Counted from the first letter of the stretch, positions 35,067 to 45,766 are shown. The stretch is DNA of 64,000 nucleotides from Thermoanaerobaculia bacterium (GCA_035542215.1 DATKLW010000195.1:4520-68519); one strand, 5' to 3'. Numbers and translations: made by a program. Notes: a model not told the origin generated them from the sequence alone.

Positions 35067-35290
35067 AACCTTCTCTCAAGCAGCCGAGACGGCGCGACCA
35101 AGCCAGGGCGGCCATTCGAGAGCCCGACGCCTCGTTTGCCGCGTTCAGAAGGCCACGGCACGAGCGGCGCCGAATCATCGCGGGAATCTGCGACCGGCTC
35201 GTCGGGGATCTCGACCGCTCCCTTCACGCGGTTCGGGAACTCTGTGACTCCGTGGATGCCGGCTCGCCAGAAAGGAAAATGGGGGCGTGA
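35063..35290 (+). CDS. possible small Arg-rich ORF (75 aa), very uncertain
   Basis: Its ATG overlaps the preceding stop as ATGA (35063-35066). It has no recognisable motif, and its Arg-rich composition is also what a GC-rich non-coding frame gives. Confidence 0.2.
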   Translation: MKPSLKQPRRRDQARAAIREPDASFAAFRRPRHERRRIIAGICDRLVGDLDRSLHAVRELCDSVDAGSPERKMGA

Positions 35291-35315
35291 ACCCGCAAAC
35301 CACCGTCGCGTACGC

Positions 35316-36281
35316 TCAGATGGCGGCCGCCCCCGCCGGGACCTCGTCCTCTTTGAACAGGTCCGTCGAGATGTAGCGCTCGGACGTCGACGGGACGATG
35401 AAGACGATGAGCTTGCCCGCGCTCTCGGGGCGCTTGGCGATCTCGACGGCTGCATAAGCCGCGGCGCCAGACGAGATGCCGCCGAGGATGCCCTCTTCCT
35501 TCGCGAGGCGGCGCGCCATCGCGAAGGACTGGTCGTTCGAGACCTGGAACGTCTCGTCCACGAACGTCGTGTCGAGGTTCTTCGGGATGAAGCCCGCGCC
35601 GATTCCCTGGATCTTGTGGGGGCCCGGCGCGCCGCCCGAGATCACCGGCGAGTGCGTCGGCTCCACGGCGACGAGGCGCACGGACGGCTTCCTCGGCCTC
35701 CAGAACCGGCCGACGCCCGTCAACGTGCCGCCGGTCCCGACGCCGGCGACGAAGACGTCCATCTTCCCGTCCGTGTCGTTCCAGAGCTCGACGGCGGTCG
35801 TCGCCTCGTGGATCGCCGGGTTCGCGGGGTTCTCGAACTGCTGCGGCTGGACCGCGTTCGCGCCGAACTCGGCGATGAGCTCCTGCGCCTTCGCGATCGC
35901 GCCCTTCATTCCGAGCGGGCCGGGGGTCAGGACGACCTCGGCCCCGAGGAGCTTCAGGACCTTGCGCCGCTCGATCGACATCGTCTCGGGCATCGTGAGG
36001 ATGAGGCGATAGCCCTTCGCGGCCGCGACGAACGCGAGGCCGATCCCGGTGTTCCCGGACGTCGGCTCGACGAGGACGGACTTGCCCGGCGTGATGCGGC
36101 CCTGCTTCTCGAGCGCCTCGATCATCGCGACGCCGATGCGGTCCTTGACCGAGTGGGCGGGGTTGAAGAACTCGAGCTTCGCGGCAACCGTGGCGCCGGA
36201 CGCGACGCCGGCCGTGACGCGGTTCAGCCGCACGAGCGGCGTTCCGCCGATGAGCTTCGTGATGTCGGATGCGATCTTCAT
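35316..36281 (-). CDS. cysK: cysteine synthase A (O-acetylserine sulfhydrylase)
   Basis: The product [21 protein letters not shown]...[16 protein letters not shown]...[12 protein letters not shown] has a PLP-lysine motif and length typical of CysK. The true start is the internal ATG of the track ORF. Confidence 0.9.
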   Translation of the reverse strand: MKIASDITKLIGGTPLVRLNRVTAGVASGATVAAKLEFFNPAHSVKDRIGVAMIEALEKQGRITPGKSVLVEPTSGNTGIGLAFVAAAKGYRLILTMPETMSIERRKVLKLLGAEVVLTPGPLGMKGAIAKAQELIAEFGANAVQPQQFENPANPAIHEATTAVELWNDTDGKMDVFVAGVGTGGTLTGVGRFWRPRKPSVRLVAVEPTHSPVISGGAPGPHKIQGIGAGFIPKNLDTTFVDETFQVSNDQSFAMARRLAKEEGILGGISSGAAAYAAVEIAKRPESAGKLIVFIVPSTSERYISTDLFKEDEVPAGAAAI

Positions 36282-36348
36282 GTTCTTTTCCTCTGGCGCT
36301 GCGCCGGATTGGCGGGGCGCGCGCCTTGCTAGAGTCCTGGGGGGCGAG

Positions 36349-36792
36349 TCAGATCGAGTAGGTGGGCTCCTCACGCTCGGCCCGGACCTCGGCGACGAGG
36401 TCCCCCACCGTCACGGAGGACAGGAATTGGCGGTAGCGCTCCGAGGCCCGCTGGTCGAGGTTGCGGATGAACCGCGGGGCGGACGGATCCTCGGGCGAAG
36501 GATCGCGGCCTTCGCGCGAGAAGAGCGAGACGACGGCGAGGATCGTGACGCCGGAGGCTACGGGCGTCGCCCGGTAGCCCCCGTTGCGTCCGCGCCCGGC
36601 CGCCACCCACCCGTTCCTGACGAGCGGCAGAAGCAGCTGGTGAACCGAGTCACGCGACAGGATCAGCCATTCGGCAAGCTGGCTCGACGGGACATCCGGA
36701 CCCGCGCGATAGACGAGCTCGACGAGCGCCTGAACCGCTTTCTTCTGTCGCGTGTTGAGAATAGTGAAAATCCTCTTCCGGTATATCGACAA
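36349..36792 (-). CDS. Rrf2 family transcriptional regulator (CymR/IscR-like)
   Basis: The wHTH pattern ...[42 protein letters not shown] matches Rrf2. It lies immediately upstream of cysK on the same strand. The track start is a TTG with no clear RBS, so the start is uncertain. Confidence 0.7.
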   Translation of the reverse strand: MSIYRKRIFTILNTRQKKAVQALVELVYRAGPDVPSSQLAEWLILSRDSVHQLLLPLVRNGWVAAGRGRNGGYRATPVASGVTILAVVSLFSREGRDPSPEDPSAPRFIRNLDQRASERYRQFLSSVTVGDLVAEVRAEREEPTYSI

Positions 36793-36797
36793 TTATT

Positions 36798-38111
36798 ATG
36801 GAACGACTGAAAATGAAGTCAACCCGCTTGGCAGTCGCCCTCGGGGCGCTTGCCGCAACGCTTCCCCTCCTCGGAGCCGGCGGCCGCGAAGAGCGCCGCA
36901 CTCCGATCGTCGCCGCCGTCGAGAAGATCGGCCCCTCCGTCGTGAACATCTCGGCGGAACACGTCGTCCAGCAGCGCCGCAGCGCGTTCGACCCGTTTTT
37001 CGGAATCGAGAGCCGGGGTCGGACTTCGCGCAGCGAGTCGCTCGGCTCGGGCGTCGTGATCGCGCCGGGCGTCGTCGTCACGAACGACCACGTCATCTCG
37101 GGAGCGTCGCGCATCTGGGTCACGACGTCGGACGGGCGCGAGCTCGAGGCGAGGCTCGAAGGCGCCGACGCCGACAACGACCTCGCGGTCCTGAGCGTCG
37201 ATCCGAAGGGCCTGAAACCGGTCGCGCTCGGGACGACCTCCGACCTCATGATCGGCGAAACCGTCATCGCGATCGGGAACCCGTTCGGGCTATCGAACAC
37301 CGTCACGACCGGCATCGTCTCGGCCGTCCACCGAACGGTGCAGGGCGAATCGGGCCGCAACTACTCCGACTTCCTCCAGACGGACGCCGCGATCAACCCG
37401 GGCAACTCCGGCGGGGCGCTCGTCAACATCCTCGGAGAGCTGATCGGAATCAACACGGCCATCGTGGGGGGCGCGAACACGATCGGCTTCGCGATTCCCA
37501 TCGACCGCGTCCGCCGGGTCGCGGACGATCTCCTGAACTACAGGGAGGTCAAGACGGTCTGGATCGGCGTGCGCGGGTCGACCGCCGCGCCGGCGAACGC
37601 GCGGCCATCGGCTCGGGGCCAGGGCCTGCGCGTGCGGTCGGTCTGGCCGGGCTCGCCCGCCGCCAAGGCGGGCCTTGCCCCGGGCGACGTCGTCGTCTCC
37701 CTCGACGGCCGCCCCGTCGAGAGCCGCGAAGACTTCGACACCGCGCTCGCCTCCGTCGGGCCCGGCCGGGCGCTCGGCGTCGTCTTCCGGCGCGAGGGCG
37801 CGGAGATCACGGCGCGCGTCACGACGGAAAGGACGCCCGAGGACCTCGGCCTCGACGTCCTCCGGCGCGAGATCGGCTTGACCTTAAAGGAGACGCGCGG
37901 AGGACTGATGGTGGCGTCCGTCTTCGGGCGCTCCCCCGCCGCGTCGAAGGGCCTCGAGCGCGGCGACGTCGTCCTCGCGGTCAACAATGTGCAGGTGCGT
38001 ACGCTCGACGACCTCTCGAAGGCCGTCGAGAACGGCTACTCGCGCTCGAGCCTCGTCCTGTCGGTCCTGCGCGACCCGTACGTCTACAACCTCACGTTCG
38101 GGCTGGAATAG
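36798..38111 (+). CDS. HtrA/DegP-type periplasmic serine protease with two PDZ-like domains
   Basis: A signal peptide is followed by the catalytic triad context TNDHVI, DNDLAVL and GNSGGALVN, then PDZ-like segments. An alternative start is ATG 36813. Confidence 0.9.
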   Translation: MERLKMKSTRLAVALGALAATLPLLGAGGREERRTPIVAAVEKIGPSVVNISAEHVVQQRRSAFDPFFGIESRGRTSRSESLGSGVVIAPGVVVTNDHVISGASRIWVTTSDGRELEARLEGADADNDLAVLSVDPKGLKPVALGTTSDLMIGETVIAIGNPFGLSNTVTTGIVSAVHRTVQGESGRNYSDFLQTDAAINPGNSGGALVNILGELIGINTAIVGGANTIGFAIPIDRVRRVADDLLNYREVKTVWIGVRGSTAAPANARPSARGQGLRVRSVWPGSPAAKAGLAPGDVVVSLDGRPVESREDFDTALASVGPGRALGVVFRREGAEITARVTTERTPEDLGLDVLRREIGLTLKETRGGLMVASVFGRSPAASKGLERGDVVLAVNNVQVRTLDDLSKAVENGYSRSSLVLSVLRDPYVYNLTFGLE

Positions 38112-39029
38112 TCAGTCCCGCGAGCGCAGCTCCGAGACGAGGATTCCCGCCAGGACGAGCCCTGCGCCCGTCCAGTCGCGGCGCGACATGCGCTCGCCGA
38201 GGAAGAGCGCCGCGAAGAGCGCCGTGAACACGGGCTCGAGCGCGAACATGATCGCGGCGTGCGTCGCGGGCATGCGCGCCTGCGCCCACGTCTGCGCGAG
38301 GAACGTCACGACCGTCGCGACGAGCGCCATCCAGAGAATCGCGAGGACGACCGTCCGGCCGAAGACGAGCGGCCGCGCCTCGGCGGCCAGGAACGCGCCC
38401 CTCTCGCGGAGGAATGGGGTCAGTGCGAGGCGCACGGCCCCGACGCCGACTGCCGCGAACAGGATCTGCCCGAAGGAATACCAGCGCACGTCGTGCGTCG
38501 CCGCCGTCTCGCTCACGATCACGATGAGGACGGCGTACGAGACGGCTGTCACGAGGATGAGGAGATCGCCGGTGTTGACGCCCGAGGACGCGTCCTTCGG
38601 CCACGTCAGGATCGCGAAGCCGAGCGCGGCGACCACGAGCCCGGCGAGATTCTCCCGCGAGGGCTTCTTCCGCGTCATGAGCCAGCCCGCGACGGGCGTC
38701 AGCGGCACGGAGAGGCCCGTCACGAACGCCGCCTTCGAGGCCGTCGTGAAGAGCTGGCCGACGACCTGGAACCCGATGCCCGCTGCGAGAAGAAGGCCGA
38801 CGGCGGCGCTGTCGCGCAGGAGGTTCGGCGTCCGCGGACGGCCCCGCGCGACCAGCCACAGAATGGCCGCCGCGAGCGCGAAACGCACGAGGACGAACAG
38901 GAGCGGCGGCGACGTCGCGAGGACGATGCGGTTCACGATGAACGTGGACCCCCAGATCGCCGTCACGACGACGAGGACGAGGTCGGCCGCGAGAGCCTCG
39001 CGGCGCGGAACGGCGACGGCTCCGGACAC
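38112..39029 (-). CDS. EamA/DMT family transporter
   Basis: It has ten TM segments in two EamA-like halves (...[15 protein letters not shown]..., ...[17 protein letters not shown]...). Confidence 0.85.
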   Translation of the reverse strand: MSGAVAVPRREALAADLVLVVVTAIWGSTFIVNRIVLATSPPLLFVLVRFALAAAILWLVARGRPRTPNLLRDSAAVGLLLAAGIGFQVVGQLFTTASKAAFVTGLSVPLTPVAGWLMTRKKPSRENLAGLVVAALGFAILTWPKDASSGVNTGDLLILVTAVSYAVLIVIVSETAATHDVRWYSFGQILFAAVGVGAVRLALTPFLRERGAFLAAEARPLVFGRTVVLAILWMALVATVVTFLAQTWAQARMPATHAAIMFALEPVFTALFAALFLGERMSRRDWTGAGLVLAGILVSELRSRD

Positions 39030-39074
39030 AGCCCCGGATCATGCCCGAGTGCGGGCTGCTATCCTCGCCGACCC

Positions 39075-40496
39075 ATGGCCGCGCCGCGCGTGCGGTTCGC
39101 CCCCTCGCCCACGGGGTCCCTCCACGTGGGCGGCGCGCGCACCGCTCTCTACAACTGGCTCTTCGCCCGCCGGCACGGCGGGACGTTCATCCTTCGGATC
39201 GAGGACACGGACGTCGAGCGCTCGAAGAAGGAGCTCACGCAGCAGATCCTCGACGCCATGACGTGGCTCGGCCTCTCGTGGGACGAGGGCCCGTTCTTCC
39301 AGAGCGAGCGGCAGGCCCTTTACCGCGAGGCGGCCGACCGCCTCCTCGCCGAGGGCAGGGCCTATCGCGCGTTCGAGACGGCCGAGGAGCTCGAGGCGCA
39401 GAAGAAGGCCGCCGAGGCCGCCGGGGGGTCGTTCAAGTACGACGGCCGCGGGCGGTCGCTCTCGAAGGAGGAGTCCGACCGGCGGGCGGCCGCGGGCGAA
39501 AAGTTCGTCCTCCGCCTCCGCGTTCCCGACGAGCCGCTCGTCGTCGACGACGTCGTCCAGGGCCGGACGGAGTTTCCGGCGGGCGCGCTGGACGACTTCG
39601 TTCTCGTGCGCTCGGACGGCCACCCGCTCTACCACTTCACGGTCTGCGTCGACGACGTCGCGATGGGGATCACGCACGTCGTGCGCGGCGTCGACCACCT
39701 GCCGAACGCCCCGAAGCACGTCGCGCTCTTCCGGGCGCTCGGCGCGCCCTGCCCCGTCTTCGCGCACCTCGGGATGATCCTCGGCACGGACGGCAAGAAG
39801 CTCAGCAAGCGCCACGGCGCTGCGGGCGTCGAGGAGTTCCGGAGCCAGGGCGTCCTCGCCGAGGCGCTCGCGAACTTCCTCGCGCTCCTCGGCTGGTCGC
39901 CGGGCGAGGACCGCGAGCGGATGACGCTCTCCGCGATGGCGGAGATCTTCGAGCTCGAGCGCATCGGGCCGTCACCCTCGCGTTTCGACCACGAGAAGCT
40001 CCTGTGGCTGAACGGCCAGTACATCCAGTCGACGCCCGGAGAGCGCCTCCTCGAGCTCGCCGCGCCGTTCGGCCTCCCCGCGCGCGACGAGGCGACGCTC
40101 GCGAAGGGAGTCGAGCTCCTCCGGCCGCGCGCGAAGACGCTCGTCGAGCTCGCCGCGGGCCTCTCCGTCTACGGGGAAGACCCTGCGGCGTTCGAGCCGG
40201 CCGGTTTGAAGAAGTTCGGCAAGCCCGAGCTCGCTCCGGTCCTCCGGACGCTCGCCGCGCGCCTCGACGCCGTCACGCCTTTCGCCCACGCCGGGCTCGA
40301 GGAGGCCGCGCGCGCTCTCGCGGCCGAGACGGGAGTCGGGCTCGGGCAGATCGCGCAGCCCGTGCGCCTCGCGATCACCGGGTCGCTCGCGTCGCCCCCG
40401 CTCTTCGAGATGATCGAGGCCCTCGGCCGGGACACGACCCGCCGCAGGATCCTCGCGTTCGCCGACCGGATCGCCGCGCCGGCGGCCGCCAGCTGA
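39075..40496 (+). CDS. gltX: glutamate--tRNA ligase
   Basis: The product [46 protein letters not shown] shows the HIGH-type motif and KLSKR. The true start is the internal ATG of track ORF 38259-40496. Confidence 0.95.
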   Translation: MAAPRVRFAPSPTGSLHVGGARTALYNWLFARRHGGTFILRIEDTDVERSKKELTQQILDAMTWLGLSWDEGPFFQSERQALYREAADRLLAEGRAYRAFETAEELEAQKKAAEAAGGSFKYDGRGRSLSKEESDRRAAAGEKFVLRLRVPDEPLVVDDVVQGRTEFPAGALDDFVLVRSDGHPLYHFTVCVDDVAMGITHVVRGVDHLPNAPKHVALFRALGAPCPVFAHLGMILGTDGKKLSKRHGAAGVEEFRSQGVLAEALANFLALLGWSPGEDRERMTLSAMAEIFELERIGPSPSRFDHEKLLWLNGQYIQSTPGERLLELAAPFGLPARDEATLAKGVELLRPRAKTLVELAAGLSVYGEDPAAFEPAGLKKFGKPELAPVLRTLAARLDAVTPFAHAGLEEAARALAAETGVGLGQIAQPVRLAITGSLASPPLFEMIEALGRDTTRRRILAFADRIAAPAAAS

Positions 40497-40504
40497 GGAA
40501 CCCC

Positions 40505-42211
40505 ATGACCGACACGCCGACCTCCCCGCCCGTCCCCGGCAAGGACTTCATCCGCGAGATCGTGGACGCGGACAACGCCGCCGGAAAGCACGGGGGCCGC
40601 GTCGCGACGCGCTTCCCGCCCGAGCCGAACGGCTACCTCCACATCGGCCACGCGAAGTCCATCTGCCTGAACTTCGGAATCGCGAAGGAGTACGGCGGGA
40701 CGTGCAACCTCCGCTTCGACGACACAAACCCCCTCAAGGAGGAGGTCGAGTACGTCGACTCGATCCAGGCGGACGTGAAATGGCTCGGCTTCGACTGGGA
40801 GGACCGGCTCTTCTACGCTTCCGACTACTTCGAGCAGCTCTACGCTTTCGCCGAGACGCTCGTCGAGAAGGGCAAGGCGTTCGTCTGCGACCTCACGGCC
40901 GACGAGGTCCGCGCGACGCGCGGGACGCTCACGGAGCCCGGGAAGAACTCCCCGTATCGCGGCCGCTCTCCCGCGGAAAACCTCGACCTGTTCCGGCGGA
41001 TGCGCGCCGGCGAGTTCCCGGACGGCGCGCGCACGCTCCGCGCGAAGATCGACATGGCGTCGCCGAACATCAACCTGCGCGACCCGGCCCTCTACCGGAT
41101 CCGCAGGACCGTCCACCACAGGACGGGCGACGCGTGGCACCTCTATCCGATGTACGACTACGCGCACGCGATCTCGGACTGGATCGAGCGCATCACGCAC
41201 TCGCTCTGCACGCTCGAGTTCGAGGACCACCGCCCGCTCTACGACTGGTGCCTCGAGGCGCTGGACCTTCCGGACCGCCCGCGCCAGATCGAGTTCGCGC
41301 GCCTGAACCTCACGTACACGCTCCTCTCGAAGCGGAAGCTCCTCCAGCTCGTCACGGGCGGGCACGTCACGGGCTGGGACGACCCGCGCATGCCGACGCT
41401 CGCGGGGATCCGCCGCCGCGGCTACACGCCCGAGGCGCTCCGGGACTTCTGCGACCGCATCGGCCTCGCCAAGCGCAACAGCGTCGTCGAGGTGGAGCTC
41501 CTCGAGCACTGCCTGCGCGAGGACCTCAACCGCCGCGCGCCGCGCTTCATGGGCGTCGTGGACCCCGTGAAGGTCGTCCTCACGAACTGGCCGGCGGGCA
41601 AGGTCGAGATGCTCGACGCCGTCAACAACCCCGAGGACGCCTCGCAGGGCACGCGCGCGGTCCCGTTCTCCGGGACGCTCTACATCGACCGCGACGATTT
41701 CCGCGAGGTCCCGCCGCCCAAGTACCACCGCCTCTCCCCCGGCACGGAAGTCCGCCTGCGCTGGGCGTACGTGATCCGCTGCACGGACGTCGTGAAGGAC
41801 GCCGCCGGGACGGTCACGGAGATCCGCGCGACGTTCGACGAGGCCACGAAGGGCGGCGAGGCGCCGGGCCGCAAGGTCAAGGGCACGATCCACTGGGTCT
41901 CGGCCGCCGAGTCGCTCCCGGCCGAGGTCCGCCTCTACGACCGGCTCTTCAGCGTCCCGAACCCCGACGAGACGCCCGAGGGCAGTGACTTCACGTCGAA
42001 CCTCAGCCCGGACTCGCTCGTCGTGAAGGCCGGCGCGCGCGTCGAGCCCGCGCTCGCGGCGCTGCCGGCGGGGACGGTCCTCCAGCTCGAGCGCACGGGC
42101 TACTTCGTTGTCGACGGGGATGGTGCACCGGGCCGGCCCGTTCTCAACCGCTCCGTGTCGCTGCGTGACTCGTGGGGCAAGATCGAGAAGAAGGCGCGCG
42201 GGTCCGCGTGA
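40505..42211 (+). CDS. glnS: glutamine--tRNA ligase
   Basis: The product shows [44 protein letters not shown]...[10 protein letters not shown] and LSKRKL. The true start is the internal ATG of track ORF 39041-42211. Confidence 0.95.
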   Translation: MTDTPTSPPVPGKDFIREIVDADNAAGKHGGRVATRFPPEPNGYLHIGHAKSICLNFGIAKEYGGTCNLRFDDTNPLKEEVEYVDSIQADVKWLGFDWEDRLFYASDYFEQLYAFAETLVEKGKAFVCDLTADEVRATRGTLTEPGKNSPYRGRSPAENLDLFRRMRAGEFPDGARTLRAKIDMASPNINLRDPALYRIRRTVHHRTGDAWHLYPMYDYAHAISDWIERITHSLCTLEFEDHRPLYDWCLEALDLPDRPRQIEFARLNLTYTLLSKRKLLQLVTGGHVTGWDDPRMPTLAGIRRRGYTPEALRDFCDRIGLAKRNSVVEVELLEHCLREDLNRRAPRFMGVVDPVKVVLTNWPAGKVEMLDAVNNPEDASQGTRAVPFSGTLYIDRDDFREVPPPKYHRLSPGTEVRLRWAYVIRCTDVVKDAAGTVTEIRATFDEATKGGEAPGRKVKGTIHWVSAAESLPAEVRLYDRLFSVPNPDETPEGSDFTSNLSPDSLVVKAGARVEPALAALPAGTVLQLERTGYFVVDGDGAPGRPVLNRSVSLRDSWGKIEKKARGSA

Positions 42212-42276
42212 TCGCAGGGCCGGCGCGCCGTTTGACCACGGCGCGCCGCCCGCTCATAATCCGCCGCCCGCCGTGC

Positions 42277-42350
42277 TGGGGGGTCGTCCAACGGTAGGAC
42301 TCCAGACTCTGGATCTGGCTATCGGGGTTCGAATCCCTGCCCCCCAGCCA
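42277..42350 (+). tRNA. tRNA-Gln (anticodon CTG), CCA encoded
   Basis: A manual cloverleaf fits: acceptor TGGGGGG/CCCCCCA, D arm GTCC-aacggta-GGAC, anticodon arm CCAGA-ctCTGga-TCTGG, T arm CGGGG-ttcgaat-CCCTG, discriminator G and CCA. The total is 74 nt. Confidence 0.9.
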
Positions 42351-42373
42351 GTTATTCCTCCCGGATTTCCTCT

Positions 42374-42841
42374 CTAGTCCCCTGCGAGCGACCGGAAGAA
42401 CGCCGCGAGATCCTCCGGGTGGCCGCTGCCCTGATACGTAACCGAGATCGCACCGGCCTTCCGGCCGCTCGTCGCGCCCCGGCGCATTGAAACGCGATCC
42501 GCGCGGCCCGCGCCCCTGCGCCGGCGTGCGCCGGCGGGACGCAGACGCGAGACGTCGGGCGCGCCGAGGCGGACACCGAAGCGCGTTCCGACTTCCTCGA
42601 TGACTTTCTTGGCCTCGAGGACGGGATTCTTGTCGAGCAGCGCCTTCGCAAAGGCGATGGCTCCGGGCCGGTCGATGCCCAGTTTCTTGCGGACGTCGCG
42701 GATGACACCTGCGCTGATCGTCTTCGGGTTCAGCTTGAAGGCGCGGCCGATCGCAGCTTTCACCTCGCGCTCCGTGAGCGCTTTGTTCTTCTTGAGCAAG
42801 TCCGTGACGAAGCCGCGAATCTTCGCGACGCTCTTTTCCAT
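42374..42841 (-). CDS. hypothetical protein, Lys-rich N-terminal half and Arg-rich tail
   Basis: A GGGGAGG RBS lies 8 nt before ATG 42841. The product is MEKSVAKIRGFVTDLLKKNKALTEREVKAAIGRAFKLNPKTISAGVIRDVRKKLGI... I recognise no family. Confidence 0.5.
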   Translation of the reverse strand: MEKSVAKIRGFVTDLLKKNKALTEREVKAAIGRAFKLNPKTISAGVIRDVRKKLGIDRPGAIAFAKALLDKNPVLEAKKVIEEVGTRFGVRLGAPDVSRLRPAGARRRRGAGRADRVSMRRGATSGRKAGAISVTYQGSGHPEDLAAFFRSLAGD

Positions 42842-42975
42842 GAGTAAAACCTCCCCGATCGCCAACTTTGTCATGAACGTGCGCACAAATCAAATGTGGT
42901 GGGCTCCTTCCCTTCCGACGCCTCGAGGCACGACAGTTCCGGACGCCGGGGGGTGGGCGGTAGAATCGGCCTCCC

Positions 42976-44526
42976 ATGCTCGAACAATTTCGCAACGAAG
43001 CCTTCACTGATTTCAGCCGCGCCGAGGAGCGCTCCGCGTTCGAGGCGGCCCTCACCCGAGTGGACCGCCAGAAGGGCGTGGAGATCCCCGTCGTCGTGGG
43101 CGGACGGCGGCTCAGGACCGGCCGTCTCCTCGAGAACCGGAACCCCTCCGACCGCTCGGAGATCCTCTCCCGCCACCACCTCGCCGACCGGAAGATCGCG
43201 CTCAAGGCGATCGAAGCGGCCGTCAGGGCTCAGCGCGAGTGGGCGGACCTTCCCCCGCGCGAGCGCGCGTCGGTCCTGCTCCGCGCGGCCGCCCGGATGC
43301 GCGCGAAAAAGCACGAGTTCTCGGCCACGATGGTCCTCGAGATCGGCAAGTCCTGGCCCGAGGCCGACGTCGAGACCGCGGAGGCGATCGACTTCCTCGA
43401 GTTCTACGCGCGGGAGATGCTGCGCTGGGGCGGCGAGATTCCGGTCACGCCGTACCCGGGCGAGTTTCCCGAGACCCTGTACGTCCCCCTCGGCGCGGGG
43501 GCCGTGATCCCGCCCTGGAACTTCCCGAACGCGATCCTCACGGGCATGACGTCCGCCGCGCTCGTCACGGGCAACGGCGTCGTCCTCAAGCCCGCGTCGG
43601 ACACGCCCCTCATCGGATGGCGGGTCTTCACGCTCCTTGAAGAGGCGGGCGTGCCCGCGGGAGTGCTCAACTATCTCCCCGGGCCGGGCAGCGAGGTCGG
43701 CGACGTTCTCGTCGAGCACGCGCAGACCCGGTTCATCTCGTTCACGGGCTCCAAGGAAGTCGGCCTCGGCATCAACCAGAAGGCGGCCGCGGTCGCGAAG
43801 GGCCAGCGCTGGATCAAGCGCACCGTTCTCGAGATGGGCGGCAAGGATTTCATCTTCGTCGACGAGGACGCGGATTTCGATTTCGCGGTCTCGCAAGTCG
43901 TCGGATCGGCGTTCGGCTTCCAGGGCCAGAAGTGCTCCGCGTGCTCGCGCGCGATCGTGCACAGGCGCCTCTATCGGCGCTTCGTGGACGCCGTGGTCGC
44001 GCGGACGGCGAAGCTCGCGCAGGGCCCGACGCGCGACGTGAAGAACTTCATGGGGCCGGTCGCCTCCGAGCGCCAGCTCAAGACCGTGACCGATTACATC
44101 AAGGTCGGGAGGCGCGAGTCGAAGCTCGGCACCGGCGGGACGTGGAGCGCCCGGACGGGCAATTTCGTCGCCCCGACGGTCTTCTACGACGTGAAGCCGT
44201 CCGCGCGCATCTTCCGGGAGGAGATTTTCGGGCCCGTCCTCGGGATCACCGAGGCGAAGGACTTCGAGACGGGAATCGCGTACGCGAACGCGTCGGAGTA
44301 CGGCCTCACGGGCTCGTACTTCGGCCGCGACCGCAAGCGCATCGCCGAGGCCAAGCGCCGCCTCCACTGCGGAAACCTCTACATCAACCGCAAGTGCACG
44401 GGCGCGCTCGTCGGCGTCCACCCGTTCGGCGGCTTCGACATGTCCGGCACGGACAGCAAGGCGGGCGGGAGGGATTACCTCGGGCTGTTCCTGCAGGCGA
44501 AGTCGATCTCGGAGCGCCTGCTGTAG
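42976..44526 (+). CDS. pruA: L-glutamate gamma-semialdehyde (1-pyrroline-5-carboxylate) dehydrogenase
   Basis: This aldehyde dehydrogenase fold is 516 aa, with the N-terminus MLEQFRNEAFTDFS... and catalytic context EMGGKD / GQKCSACSR, typical of PruA/RocA. Confidence 0.85.
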   Translation: MLEQFRNEAFTDFSRAEERSAFEAALTRVDRQKGVEIPVVVGGRRLRTGRLLENRNPSDRSEILSRHHLADRKIALKAIEAAVRAQREWADLPPRERASVLLRAAARMRAKKHEFSATMVLEIGKSWPEADVETAEAIDFLEFYAREMLRWGGEIPVTPYPGEFPETLYVPLGAGAVIPPWNFPNAILTGMTSAALVTGNGVVLKPASDTPLIGWRVFTLLEEAGVPAGVLNYLPGPGSEVGDVLVEHAQTRFISFTGSKEVGLGINQKAAAVAKGQRWIKRTVLEMGGKDFIFVDEDADFDFAVSQVVGSAFGFQGQKCSACSRAIVHRRLYRRFVDAVVARTAKLAQGPTRDVKNFMGPVASERQLKTVTDYIKVGRRESKLGTGGTWSARTGNFVAPTVFYDVKPSARIFREEIFGPVLGITEAKDFETGIAYANASEYGLTGSYFGRDRKRIAEAKRRLHCGNLYINRKCTGALVGVHPFGGFDMSGTDSKAGGRDYLGLFLQAKSISERLL

Positions 44527-44578
44527 CGCCCCGCGGAGCTCCTCGTCTTCGATCTGGCGTGAGCGGCGCGGCCCGGCG

Positions 44579-45766
44579 TCAGCCGAGTGCGGGCAGGTCG
44601 CGGCAGCAGGCCTCGCGGCAGCGCTCGTAGACCGAGCCGCGCTTGACCGGCGTGAAGCCCGAGTCGCGGATGAGACGTCGCATCGCCTCCTCGCCTTCCA
44701 TCCGGTTGTGCGAGCCGGCGGCCGCGACGACGTTCTCCTCGATCATGATCGACCCGAGATCGTCCGCGCCGAACGCGGCCGCAACGCTCCCGATCTTGGC
44801 GCCCTGCGTCAGCCACGAGCCCTGCACGTGCGGGATGTTGTCGAGATAGAGCCGCGCGATCGCGAGGGTCCGGAGGTAGTCGTAGCCGCCGGCGGTTTCC
44901 ACTTTCCCGTCGAGGGCCGTGTTCTCCTCCTGGAACGTCCAGGGGATGAACGCCGTGAAGCTCTCGCCCTTCTCGGCGAGCGACTCGTCCTGCGCCCTGC
45001 GGACGACGTCGAGATGGTGGAGGCGCTGCTCGTGGCTCTCGCCGACGCCGAACATCATCGTCGCCGTCGTCGGCATGCCGAGGCGATGGGCCGCACGGTG
45101 GACCTCGGCCCACTTCGCGGTCGGCGCCTTCGTGAGCGCCCAGATGCGTTTACGCACGTCGTCCTCGAGGATCTCCGCGCCGCCGCCCGGGAGCGACTGC
45201 ATTCCGGCGCTCTGCAGCCTCTTCAGAACGTCCGCGGGGCTCGTCTTCTCCTTCTTCGCGAGGAAGTGGATCTCGGGCGCCGAAAACGCGTGGCGGTGGA
45301 CGCGCGGGTGCTTCTCCCTCAGGTATGAAAGGACATCCTCGTAATACGAGAACGGCAGCTCCGCGTGAACGCCGCCCTGCAGGAGGATGCCGGTTCCGCC
45401 GAGCGCGATCGTCTCCTCGACCTTCTTTCCGATCTCCGCGAAGGAGAGGACGTATCCCTCGGCGTCGCCCGCCGGCCGGTAGAAGGCGCAGAACGCGCAG
45501 CGGTAGATGCAGACGTTCGTGTAGTTGATGTTCCGGTCGACCTGGTACGTGAGGCGGTCCGCGGGGTGGAGGCGCCGCCGCACGGCGTCGGCCGCGCCGC
45601 CGGCCTCGAGGAGCGTCGCCTCGCGGAAGAGAGCGAGGCCGTCGTCCCACGAGAGGCGCTCGCCGCCGCGCGTGCGAGACAGGATCTCCCTCACGCGCGC
45701 CGACCCTCCGAGGCCCGGGGACACGGCGTTCGGGAGGACGGCCGGAACGTCGAGAACCGCGGGCAC
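44579..45766 (-). CDS. mqnC: radical SAM menaquinone (futalosine pathway) enzyme, MqnC/MqnE family
   Basis: It has the CxxxCxxC cluster in DRNINYTNVCIYRCAFCAFYR and a CofH/MqnC-like C-terminal half. It is directly adjacent to the mqnA-like gene. I cannot fully resolve MqnC versus MqnE by eye. Confidence 0.7.
   Translation of the reverse strand: MPAVLDVPAVLPNAVSPGLGGSARVREILSRTRGGERLSWDDGLALFREATLLEAGGAADAVRRRLHPADRLTYQVDRNINYTNVCIYRCAFCAFYRPAGDAEGYVLSFAEIGKKVEETIALGGTGILLQGGVHAELPFSYYEDVLSYLREKHPRVHRHAFSAPEIHFLAKKEKTSPADVLKRLQSAGMQSLPGGGAEILEDDVRKRIWALTKAPTAKWAEVHRAAHRLGMPTTATMMFGVGESHEQRLHHLDVVRRAQDESLAEKGESFTAFIPWTFQEENTALDGKVETAGGYDYLRTLAIARLYLDNIPHVQGSWLTQGAKIGSVAAAFGADDLGSIMIEENVVAAAGSHNRMEGEEAMRRLIRDSGFTPVKRGSVYERCREACCRDLPALG

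Noticed and set aside
42947-42975. A TAGAAT hexamer 10 nt upstream of the pruA ATG, considered as a sigma-70 -10 box implying a leaderless pruA mRNA.
   Set aside because: The only -35 candidate (TTCCGG, 18-nt spacer) is poor, and a single hexamer match is weak evidence. I note it but do not annotate it.
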